From: Vitrella brassicaformis CCMP3155
Lineage: Eukaryota > Protista > Chromerida
Assembly: GCA_001179505.1 (NCBI GenBank)
Contig: CDMY01000488.1
Coordinates: 124,001 to 188,000 of the forward strand
DNA: 64,000 nucleotides
Direction: 5' to 3'
The notes under the pieces were generated by a model. That model did no database searches, was not told where the DNA came from, and worked only from the letters and a program-made list of their open reading frames with translations. This document shows positions 48,801-59,859 of this stretch, piece by piece (position 1 is the stretch's first letter; every line of letters starts with the position of its first letter). Position numbers and translations under genes: made by a program.

Positions 48801-51800
48801 CATGCAGCCAAATGGCTTCGCCTCGGCCACTTACCTGCACACGTATGTGCGTCAGGTTGCTGGCCCTCAAGGACACATCATCGCACGAGCCGTCATCCGA
48901 TCAAGGTCGGTCACCACTCTCTCTCACTTAGCCACGCGCACCACACGCATCTGCCCGTCCGTCTGCCGCCTGCGTGTGTGTGCAGTGTCGACTCAGGGCG
49001 GTGCGGCGAGCGAGGTGTCGACCACGCCATCAGTGGAGGGCGCCGAGGGCACCCTGGCACACGTGAGGCCGCCGGAGAAATGGGCCTTCGAAAGACGGCA
49101 GTACAACAAGTGAGCGGCTACCACACACTCACACACACGCTCAAATACACAGGAGGGAGTAGTGTCCTCGGTGGACTGACGGACGCCTGTGTATGTGTGT
49201 GTGTGTGTGTGTGGTGCAGGTACCAGATGTGCGAGCCTCTGGGCGGCATATGGGGGCAGCGTGCCAAGAAGCAGTGGCAGCAGTGGATCATGAGCATCGG
49301 GAAGGACCCCGAGAAACAGGAGAAGTCTCCCGGGGAGAAGCAGTGGGAGGCACTGCAGACCTACTGGACATTCGCATCAAAGGTGTGGCCGCACCCAACA
49401 CACACCTCATGTGCTTGTCATGTCCATCTGTCCACCGCTGGCACCCATCTGTGTGTGTGCAGTCGTCGGATCAGCGTGACTTGGACGAGAACTGGGAGAG
49501 CAAGGTCAATGCGGCCATCAAAGAAGGCGGAGAGAAGTCGATCGCCCCGCACTACCTGCTGGAGGTAGGTACATCCATCCATCCATCCATCGGCCACATC
49601 ACCACCACACACAACATAGCACAACACAACACAACACAACACAAACACTCCTGTGTGTGTGTGTGTGTGTGTCACATAAAATCACCGAAACACATGTGAC
49701 AGGTGTGGAGCGGCAAGGATGGCACGGATGGCAAGGATGACGAGACGCCTCAGTTCCTGGGCGAGATGTTGCTCAACGTCGCTGAGGCCAGCAGGATGCC
49801 ACGTCCCTACCCACTGAGGGCCGAGACGCCGCTCGGCAGAGTTCCTGATCTAGTGCCGAAGAAGGACACGCGAACGGGCCAGATTATTCTCGACAAGGAC
49901 GGCGAGCTGGAGATGGAAAACCCCAAGGCAACGGCTAAGGCCACTGGGACGGCCATCATCTACCTCGAGGCCTCCTGGAAGCTCACCAACCCACACTCGG
50001 GCAAATTCACCATCAGGTACAAAGACGTTGCAGGGAGATCGGAGGACATCTGTCTGTGTGTGTATGGGTGGTTGGTGGCTGGCTGTTTGTTGTGCCTGCG
50101 TGTAGGTTGAAGGAGTTGCGCAACGCCCCGTCGAGCGAGATGAAGCCCTACGTCGAGATCTGGGAGGGCGACCGCACCACCGGCGAGTGGCGCAACACTG
50201 GCATCAGGTCAGTCACTCGAGATGCCAACAGACCAAACAGACAACAGCTGAGGCCAACGTGGGTGGCGGTTTGGTGCGTGCCTGTGTGTGCAGGTCATTC
50301 GCCAAACCAACCAAAGCCAAGGCTGCGATGAAGTGGGAGTGGACCAGCACACAGGACCCAGAGCCCAGATACGTCAACTACTACACCTGGATGGACGATA
50401 CGGTCAGTGGGTAGATCAGACAGATCACACACATCCATTGGATGGATGGATGGGCTCGCGTATGTGTTGTGTGTCATTCAGCACCACAAGGACGGCGTTG
50501 AGCATGAGATCCATGTGCCCATCGCCAGGCATGCCCCCGGAGTGCCGCACGAGATCCCCTTCCACAGACTAACAGGCGACAGCAGCGATCCGGGTACGTT
50601 CGCCTCAAAGGCGACACACACACGCGCACTTACAGAAAGACACAAGGGAGCGGGCCGACCTCCTGTGTGGTGCTTGCGTTCATGTTGTCATTGCAGAGAG
50701 CGCAGAGGGCATCAAGCGTCAGGTCTGGGACATGTGCCGCAACGGCATCCCGCCACTGCTGCGGCCCTACCTCTGGCTCCAGCTGTCAGGTACACATACA
50801 AACACACACACACACACACACACAGACTCGCTGGCCTTGTGCATGTGTCCGTCTGCCCGTCTATGTGTCTGTGTGTGCGTCATGCAGGTGCCCAGAAGAT
50901 CCGCAATGACTGCACGCAGTACCTGCAGCAGATTCGGGTGGCTGATGCACCCTACGCGTTCCTGCGCGGGAAGTACCAGGACCGCAGCAGCGCCGTGTAC
51001 AGCCAGATCGCCGAGGACATCGGCGACATGCAGCCCGTATACACCACCGACTTCAGCACCGCCGGCCAGGCCAAGCAGGCACAGTTCTGGGTGAGCCTGC
51101 GGGAGGTGCTTGAGGGTTTGGTGATGTTTTCGTCCACACCGCGATACTGCGAGTTGACGTATCGGTTGCCGCCGACCGACCCCCGTTCGGCCCACACGGA
51201 GGCCCACGCCATAGGCAACCCCGTCAACTACTGCAAGGGCCTCGCACTCATTGCGTACTACCTCATGCTGGACCATGGAGGTCAGCAAGGCGGGGCGGGA
51301 GGGGCCACGCAGGACACACGTCGGGCAATGCATTGATTGCAGTGTGCGTCGTCCTTTACCTACAGGTCTGACCTTGTCTGAGGAGGATGTCTTCTTCCTC
51401 CTCTATGCCATCGCCGCTGGCAAAAAGTGAGTGACAGGGCCGACACGCCGACTTACTTCACTTACACCAACCCTTGGCATCCGTGTGCTTGTGTGCTCCG
51501 TCCGCTTCCACCACACAATGTGTCAGGTTGACGTCGTCGAATGCCGAGGGTCCGTTTGTGGACTACTTCAGTGCCAACACGCCCGAGGAGGAGTACAAGA
51601 CGGACTTCAGCGACGGGAAACGGAGGCCGCTCACCGCCACCATCCCTGCCGCCGCCAGAGACGGACTCTTCCTAGACTGTGCCATCCAGGTCAGGGTGGG
51701 TGGGTGGGTGCGGACATGAATGCACGGTCAAGAATGGCGTGTGGTGTGGTGTGGTGTGTTGGTGCAGTTGATCCATCCCCGCGAGTCAGCGTTGCTCAAG

Positions 51801-54800
51801 ACGATGGGTTTCCATCTGGAGGAAGCCTTCTTCCCCTGCTTCATGAGCCTCTTCGCCGGATGGCTGCCATCGCAGGTCAGTGCTGCCTGCACGTGGGTGG
51901 GCAGTTCGTGACACAAACGACGTGACACCGTTGTGTGTGGATGGCGTGGCGTGGCATGGCATGGCATGGCATGCAGACGTTGTATCGGCTGTGGGATCTG
52001 TGCTTCTGCGCCCTCTTCGCACCGAGCATGCCAACAGCTGCCGTCCCACCGCCGCAGCAACCAGCTGACGGCACACCGACAGCCGTGAGTGGGCGATATC
52101 CACACACATCGACAGCCAGCCAGCAAAGGAGCACAACCCTGTGTACATGTTGTTTCGTTACAGGTGGTGTCGGCGATGCCCATGGAGACGCTGAGCCGCG
52201 GGCGGCGTGTGCTGATTAGCCTGGCGTACTCGGTCATCTCACACGCCTTCACTGACCTCAACGCTGAGGTGGGCGAGCGACAGACACAGGGAGGGAGAGG
52301 AGAGATGGCAGATGACGTGTGGCGGGTTATTCTCTCTCTCTCCCTTTCTCTCTCTCTGTGTGTGTGAATGCAGACGACGTGTGTGCAGTTTCACAACAGC
52401 CTGAAGGACATCATGACGGGTCTGCGAGACCCCGCACTGCTGAAGCAATGGGTACGAAACATACAGGCATCGGCAGGCAACGGCTCTCCATCTGCCTGTC
52501 CTGTGATTTATCCATCCATTCCTTCAGATTAATCAGGGTGAGTTTGTCTTGTTCGACAACACGGTGCACTTCAGCTACATCGCCCGACTCCAGTCGGCGT
52601 ACATCGCGGTCAGCCAACACTGTCGCACTTACTCACAAACCCGGATCGACGAGGCATCCACCATCTCTGTCCTTGTGTCTATGTCTTTGTCGCAGGAGCA
52701 AACACGTCAGCTGCACTTCCACCGGGAGCAGAATCGCCTGCTGCAGGAGATGGTCCTCCCCTACTACGAGTACCACGCATCCTTCGACACCAGCAAGACC
52801 GCCAAAGACTCCACTGGCCTCGCCGTCGCGCCCAGCTTCATCATTGACACCCGGACCAGGGACGGCAAGGGCAAGCCACAGATCACGAGCCTCAAGTACC
52901 CGGGCGTGAGCGTGTTCGACCTCCAGACACTCGTTTACCCCCTGCTCAAGCTGCACGCGCTGCATCTCTCGGCAGACATGAGGGAGCCGCCGCCAGACGC
53001 CATAGGATACCTCATCGTCAGGTCAGACAGACACGTCTTTGTGATGTCTTGGTGCGTGTTGGAATGACGGGCGGTTGGTGGTTCCTGCATGTATAGGGTT
53101 GATGAGATCGCCAATTTCGCGACGTCCCAGGAAAAGGCGCGTCCGCTGGTGGCCGTCACCTTCAATAAGCGCATAGAGTCCACAGCGCCCGCAGATACCC
53201 GTGGCTTCGACAAGGTGAGAAGCGGCATACATGGCCCTCCAAACCCACCCAGCCAGAATCCACTCATTCGTGCCTGCTGTGTCTGTCGTGTGTGTCATGC
53301 ACGTGTCGTACGATGCAGTATGTGTGGTCCAGTGGCAACGTCCTGCACTTTCCAATCACCAGCAGCACCAGCACCCCCTACTCATTCCAGGTGGAGGCCA
53401 AGGACCACGACCGGCGGGGAGGGGGCGTGGGCGACGCCATGAATATCGACCGCCTGGGGCTCCTCAACGTCAACGGCCGCACCGGCGTGCAGCTGCCCAC
53501 CAACCCCGTGTCGACGGCCTGGCTCTTCAACTACAAATTCCCGCCCCTGCAGCAGGGCCGCACAAACAAGGCAACACTCACCCTCTCGTATTTCCTCTAC
53601 CTCCCACGAAATGACAAGAAGCTCGAGGAATACCAGCTGCAGCAGCCCATCCAGCGGACAGTGGCGCAGCCGGCACCGCCACAGCAGCAGCCGGCAGTCG
53701 CGGACGCAGCTTTGGCGGGCCAGCCACAGGCTGCGCAACAGCCACGGTCGGTGGAGGGGCGGGCCCCTTTGGGGCAGGGGACGGCGGGTGCGACGCCAGG
53801 TGGCGCTGCTGCTGTCGGTGGTGCGGGGGAGTTTACCCCAGCTGCAGCAGCGCCAGTGAGGCCTGCGCCGATGATGGAGCCGGTGGGGGAGCCGATGGAC
53901 CTGGGCAAAGGACAGGTATGTATGTGTGGCAACAGCAGTCAGCGGTCTTCATCTCATCCGTGGCTGTCGTCTTTGTGTGTCAGTGGGGTGACATGAGCCC
54001 GTTCCATCCTCTGTGGGTGGAGATGGACCTCACGCAGATGACGCCCAGGCTCCAGATGGACCTCTCCTTCACAGGACAGCAGGCCAAGAAGGTCAGCAAG
54101 CCCCAACCAACACACATATGGCGGAAGATCTTCATCGCATGGCTGGTGGGTGGCCCTGCTGCCCGTGTGCGTATGTGTGTTCCGTGCAGTTCTTTGACGT
54201 GGTGCGGCAGCGTGTGCAGCGGGCGATGCAGATATCGCCCGCCATGATTGACGCATTCATGCCTCCCATCGTCCCAAACCCCATCGTGGGAAGCAGCTCT
54301 TACTGGTCAGTACTTATCGAATACGATATACACACACCCACATGCGGACAAACACATCCGGTCCGTCTGTCTGTCTGTCTGTCAGGTCGTTGCTGAGCGA
54401 TTCCCCGGCTTACTCGGCCACCGGCGCCGAACAGCTGGCCATTGTGAAGCCTGTGGCACAGGTAGAGCGACGCAGCAATGCATGGATGAATGCCCCCCTC
54501 CCCCGTGTGTCTCCGTGCATTCGTCCTTGTGTTTTGTCCGTATGTGCACGGTGCAGGAGGGCATCAACCGAGCTCAGCTGGTGAATTTGCTCTTCAACTC
54601 CGTCCCCTCCTGGGGCGCCTACACCAACGAGATCATCCGCCTCTTCGGCAGGATCGTCACCCCCCCATCCCAGCAGCAGTCACAAAACATCTATACCGAC
54701 CCCCGGCTGTACCGACACACAATCTGTTTGCGAGAGTTCATCGCTGCCATCATCACTACAGCACGGTACTGGCTGACCACAGAGAAACGAGAAGCCCAAG

Positions 54801-57800
54801 TCGTCAAAATGTGTGTGTGTGTGTGTGTGTGTGTGTTCTGTGGTTTTGCAGCGGCACTGTGTCGCAGAAGGCGGAGTTGCTGTTTGACCTGTTTGGGTAT
54901 CACGACCCCGCCCGCAAGGATGACGCCTCCACCCACTGCTTCCACCTCACGGACGAGCCCGGCGCATCGGCCTACAAGGTCGGCATCCAGAAGACCCCAT
55001 TCACACTGCCCAAATCCGCTGCAAGGGTGAGAGATGGACAACCACACACAAGTGGAATGGATGCACTCGCAATCGTTGGGCTTTGTTTGTGCAGGACAAG
55101 ATCCCCAACGCCATCACGCTGACAGCCGTGACGTCCATCGTGCAGGCGGTGCTGCTCCGCTGCCTCGTCTACGTCGACAAGCTCGCTGCCCACCAGATCG
55201 CCGCTGCCATTTTCGAGGTACACGCACACACACAACACACACAACACACCCACACTTTCATGACACCCACCAGCGCGACACGGTCTCTCCCTCTGTCTCT
55301 CTGTCTCTCTGTCTCTCTGTCTCTCTGTCTCTCAGCACACTGGTCTGGTGCCGCGTGTGGTGTCCGCCAAGCTGGCGCCTCGCGACGGGTCGGCCCCGAT
55401 CGACGTCAGCCCGGCTGTGTGCAAGTACATCGGGAGTCGAGCTGGCGACACGGGTAGCGTCGGGATCGACTTTGGCATGTGCAAGTCGCTGGTGGAGCTG
55501 ACCATATCGGACCCCTTCCCCGGTGCCTCCAAGGACCTCCTCATTACCATCGCACTCCCAAAGGGCGTCACCAAGAAAATCACACTCGAGGTGCATTGGA
55601 AGAGGGGAACAACGGGCCAGGGGGAAGAAGGGCGTTGGCGATTTTTCCCCTTATGTGTGGGTCGCAGGTGGGTATGAGCGGCATCTTTGTGACCGGCGAG
55701 GGCGGGAACATGCCGAGGGCTCCCAATGCGCCGACCATGGCGGCCTCCAATGCGTCGTTTACACTCACGTACGTCAGAAACAAAGGGAATGGGGAATGGG
55801 ACAAGGTGGTCAACGAGAAGCGCAATCTTGATGTGTCTGTCAGATCGGATGAGGTGGCGATTGACAAGCTCTCGTTCGTGGGTCTCTTCACAGGCTCGGC
55901 ATTCCTCAGCGAAGTCAGCCACACACACAAAGGGCCGCACCGACCACTGTCTTATCCCATGTTATGGTGTGTTGCCGCCCCCTCGCCCCTTGATGCAGCC
56001 GCTGCGTCAGCTGACGTCATCTGTGGACCGCACCTTCCTCCCCAACTTCCCCTTGTCGTGTGAAGTCACCATCGACCACACCATCGAGGAAGAAGACAGC
56101 GAAGTCACGGACATATTGGGCGCCGGCGTCACCAAGTCCGCCGAACAAAAAGAACGGGGTCAGGCAACCAGGGATTGACAGACAGCCTTGAGGCGGCGGG
56201 AAGGAGGCCTGTCGATGCCTTACATATGGATGTGTGTGTTGGCAGAGGCCAAAGAGACCGCGTGGCAGAGGGCGACTGGCCAGACAGCGGCGCAGAAGGA
56301 GGCCAGACAACAGAAACAGGAGCAAAAGTAATGGACAGCCGGAGAGCGCCGCGGCCCACTTCAGGCTCGAGCAATGTGTGCAATGTATGTGGTCAATCTG
56401 TGTCAGGAAGGAGAAAAAGCTGAAGAAGGTTGAGTTGACTGTGTCGTTCCGCCCCGCGCACGTGCCGGGCCGCGGCCGGGTCTCCGCCACCCGTGCCACA
56501 AAAGTGTACAAGGGCGCCAAGGCCACACTGCTCGGCAAAGCCAAGTGGGTGTCCGTGCTGCTGCAGCCATCATGAGTGGACAGCCGTGTGGGCTGTATGC
56601 TTGCTTGTCATGTTTATGGGTGCGTGCGTGCAGCCCCGAGGACCACAAGGTGCGGGCGTACCTCTCGGACACCGTCGGCGAGTTCAAATCAAAGGTCAGC
56701 CAGCGCACTCCCGCCTGCACGATCTCCTTCTTTCCTGTCTGTCTGCCTGCCTGCCTCCGATTACTGGCTATGCCATCTTGTGTGGCTCGGCTCGTGCAGG
56801 TGATGCAAGCGTGTCGGGAGCTCGCCCCCAAGGTCTCTGACAGCAAGGGGAAATTCCTCTACCAACACGCAGTGGTGGACGAATCACATGAGGTAAGTGA
56901 ATGAGTGAGCGATGGGGGGCGGGAGCCGGCATGCGTCGACGTCAAGAAAGGTGACCCAGCCACACGCCGCTATGATATGTTTGCAGGTTTTGCTTGACGT
57001 CGTCGGCGGTCGGCTGACGTTGGAGGACCACCTGACGTTCCTCGACTACGCAGACGAGGGGTTCACACCCGGCAGCGAGACAGTCTTCAAGTTCACAATA
57101 CAGGTACAAACACACTCACAATCACACGTACATGGCATGACCGCCCCCTCTCGAGTGGTGTCCACCCACTTCTATCCTCAGGAGCGCCAGGGTGGCGCCG
57201 GTGCCCAGCCCACCAGCAGCAAGAAGGCCGCCAGAGCCCAGCCGGCCTCCCCCCGACTCGACGACTTCACCCTCAGCAACACCCTGTCCAACGGGGAGGA
57301 AGCCACGCCGGGCGAGGTCGTGCTGCGATACCCCCTCGCACAATCCGTGTGGAAGCTCGAGGCCGGTGCGGGCAGGGCCGGCAAGAGGGTCATCGAGTAC
57401 AGGGCGGGCGAGACGGCGCCTGCGAACGGCCTGGCGTACGTCAAGACGGTGAGTGACGGCAAGGTGGCCTGGCGGCCCGCGGTGGTGCTCAGCCAGGCGG
57501 GCAGGAAGACGGCTGCGCAGACACAGACACAGACACAGCCTCCCGTTAGTGCTGCAGCAACTGAACAGGTGACAGCACACATACACACACCATGCCGATT
57601 CACGAAAGGGCGTCTGTGTGTGTGTTCAGATGCATTACCGCGTAGCATTGTTGGACCCGTATGAGTTTGTCCCCCTCAGGGGCGCGGGCACGACGCCGAC
57701 AGCATCCCCCACGGCCGGCGCCGGCGGGCAGGGCGATGGCACGATGGTGCTGCCCGAGAGCGACATCCTATTCTGCTTTAGCGAACCTACCATCAAGGTC

Positions 57801-58151
57801 AGCCGGGGAGGCTGCCTGTCCTCTGGTGGGTGTGGTGTGCTTGAGGTTGTGGGTGTGTTTGCTGTCCACACGACACACAGGCTGGGGAGTCGACTGAGGA
57901 GCTGGCTGATGAGGAGAAGAAGCAGATAGAGGAACTCGCCGGCCGCCGGCTCGACAGCAAGAGAATAGCACAGCAACTCACCAAGGTCAGCCTGCCCGCC
58001 ACACATGGATGCCATCGATGGCATCTGAACCCCTTTGTTTGTGTGTCTGCAGGACCGGCAGGCAGCCAAGAAGGCAAAGACGCGTGTGCCTGTCCGGCTG
58101 GTAGAGGATTACCTCCAGACGATCAAGAACTCAGACAAGGGGAACAAGTGA
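39870..58151 (+). CDS. Giant multi-exon protein: PH-like, multiple C2-like, Tudor/SH3-like, degenerate TBC (RabGAP), EF-hand-like, ubiquitin-like and C-terminal HTH-like domains
   Basis: ATG at 39870. I followed dozens of GT-AG exons to TGA at 58149-58151 and saw no intergenic break, though not every junction was frame-checked. PH: RYWVIKGRELWVY; TVRCQSE|EMLDWVTIVR. C2: TLDIWAKH..IVGTGTVSLAPL; VLVVKVL..KDTVIGTVTI. TBC: NGIPPLLRPYLWLQLS, SEEDVFFLL, FMSLFAGWLP..LYRLWD. EF-like: ICLREFIAAI..GTVSQKAELLFDLFG. UBL: LSDTVGEFKSKV..RLTLEDHLTFLDY. Confidence 0.8.
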
Positions 58152-58246
58152 ATAGTCAGTGAGTGAGTGAGTAAATCGACTGCGTGACATGAAGGGTGCC
58201 GGGCTTTTTATCGGGTGAGTCTTGTGTGTGTGTGGGGGGGGGGGGG

Positions 58247-58546
58247 NNNNNNNNNNNNNNNNNNNNNNNNNNNNNNNNNNNNNNNNNNNNNNNNNNNNNN
58301 NNNNNNNNNNNNNNNNNNNNNNNNNNNNNNNNNNNNNNNNNNNNNNNNNNNNNNNNNNNNNNNNNNNNNNNNNNNNNNNNNNNNNNNNNNNNNNNNNNNN
58401 NNNNNNNNNNNNNNNNNNNNNNNNNNNNNNNNNNNNNNNNNNNNNNNNNNNNNNNNNNNNNNNNNNNNNNNNNNNNNNNNNNNNNNNNNNNNNNNNNNNN
58501 NNNNNNNNNNNNNNNNNNNNNNNNNNNNNNNNNNNNNNNNNNNNNN
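58247..58546. other. Assembly gap (300 N) flanked by poly-G
   Basis: Run of N with G homopolymers on both sides. Confidence 0.99.
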
Positions 58547-59502
58547 GGGGGGAGGGTATGATTAGTTCATGCTGTATGAGGTCGGTGCCCTGTGTGCCTT
58601 AGCTCGCTTCCTGCCTGCCTGCCTGCCTGCCTGGCCGTACGTGTGTGTCTCCAGATGGCTGGATGCATGGCTGGATGGATGGAGTGGGTGAGCCATTGGA
58701 CAGAGCCGCACTTACGCACATGCACACGGCATCCGGAGGAATGATTGGTGTGGGTGGGAGGGTGGGTCACACTCTATCCGTTTTCTCCTTGGTTCCTCTT
58801 GGTTCGTCTGATTGGGTAGGAAAGGGTCCGGGACACCACCCATCCACACACCCACACAGCAATGGGGACGGGACCATTCGCTGTTTGGTTATGTACAGAC
58901 AGACAGACAGGGCGGGCACATCCATTGCTCACGTGTATGTGTGTGTGTACATATGTAACCATTTAGACACCGCAGATGGCGCCCCCTGCCGACCGGCAGG
59001 CGGGCAGGCACATCTGCTCGTGTGGGTACCCTCTTCTCGCCAGTCGTCTCTTCGCCTTCTACCTCTTTCCCGCGTTATTGTCTTCTTCGCTCTCTCTCTC
59101 TCTCTCTCGTCGGCTTCCTTCTGCTGCCCTTTTGTGTTGTGCTGGCTGCCCTTGTCGCCTCTCTCTTGTCCATAGACAGGCAGCTCAGCTCCTCCACACT
59201 TTTGTGCCTGTACAGTGGGCCGGGTGGCTCGATGACTGCGGCACCTTGGCCGGCGCTTTCTGTCTCTCGACTGGATGGAGGGGTGTGTAGGGGTGTGTGG
59301 GGGTATAATCATCATGCGGGCATCAAGTGGTTTTAACATGTTGGCCCGGCTCGGCTCGGCTGCACACGTGACGGCTGCCTGGTTGCATTCATGTGAGTGC
59401 TTCACACACACACGGGCACGGCGCGTTAGTTAGGCTCTGTGTGTGGTAAGAGAAGACGACAGGTCAGACAGACACAGGGTGTTTGCTGAAGTTGAGCTCA
59501 AG

Positions 59503-59540
59503 CATTCATTGATCTCACAAAACATTCATTGATCTCACAA
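59503..59540. repeat. Two-copy 20-bp-period tandem repeat (cattcattgatctcacaa)
   Basis: Direct reading: agcattcattgatctcacaa aacattcattgatctcacaa. Confidence 0.9.
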
Positions 59541-59580
59541 CACGTCCGACGTATCGTCGTACCGCACAAACACTTCACGT

Positions 59581-59852
59581 AGGCCACCACGTCAGTTGCA
59601 TCGTCAGTGACACACAGTGCACAAACACGAAGTTAGCTTTTACCAAAAACGAGTTGGTCCATCTTCCGACAAAACGATATGGTACAGCCGAGTGAAAAAC
59701 GGGCCAATACGTGTAAAGGTATTCAGGCCACCACGTCGGCTGCATCGTCAGAGACACAGAGAGCACAAACAAACATGAAGTCGGCTTTTGCAAAAAACGA
59801 CTTGCCAATGGTCCATCTTGCGACAAAACGGTATGGTACAGCCGGGTCAAAA
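59581..59852. repeat. Two-copy diverged tandem repeat, period 144 bp, downstream of TLDc paralog 3
   Basis: Units start aggccaccacgtc at 59581 and 59725; both contain gcatcgtcag, gcacaaaca, tggtccatctt, cgacaaaacg and atggtacagccg. Confidence 0.85.
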
Positions 59853-59859
59853 AAGGTAC

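Noticed and set aside
18010-58546. G/C homopolymers beside the N gaps as a biological element
   Set aside because: All gaps are exactly 300 N; homopolymer-associated sequencing dropout explains them.
59581-59852. Repeat-spacer-repeat pattern resembling a CRISPR array
   Set aside because: Only two long diverged units, eukaryotic context, and no cas genes.
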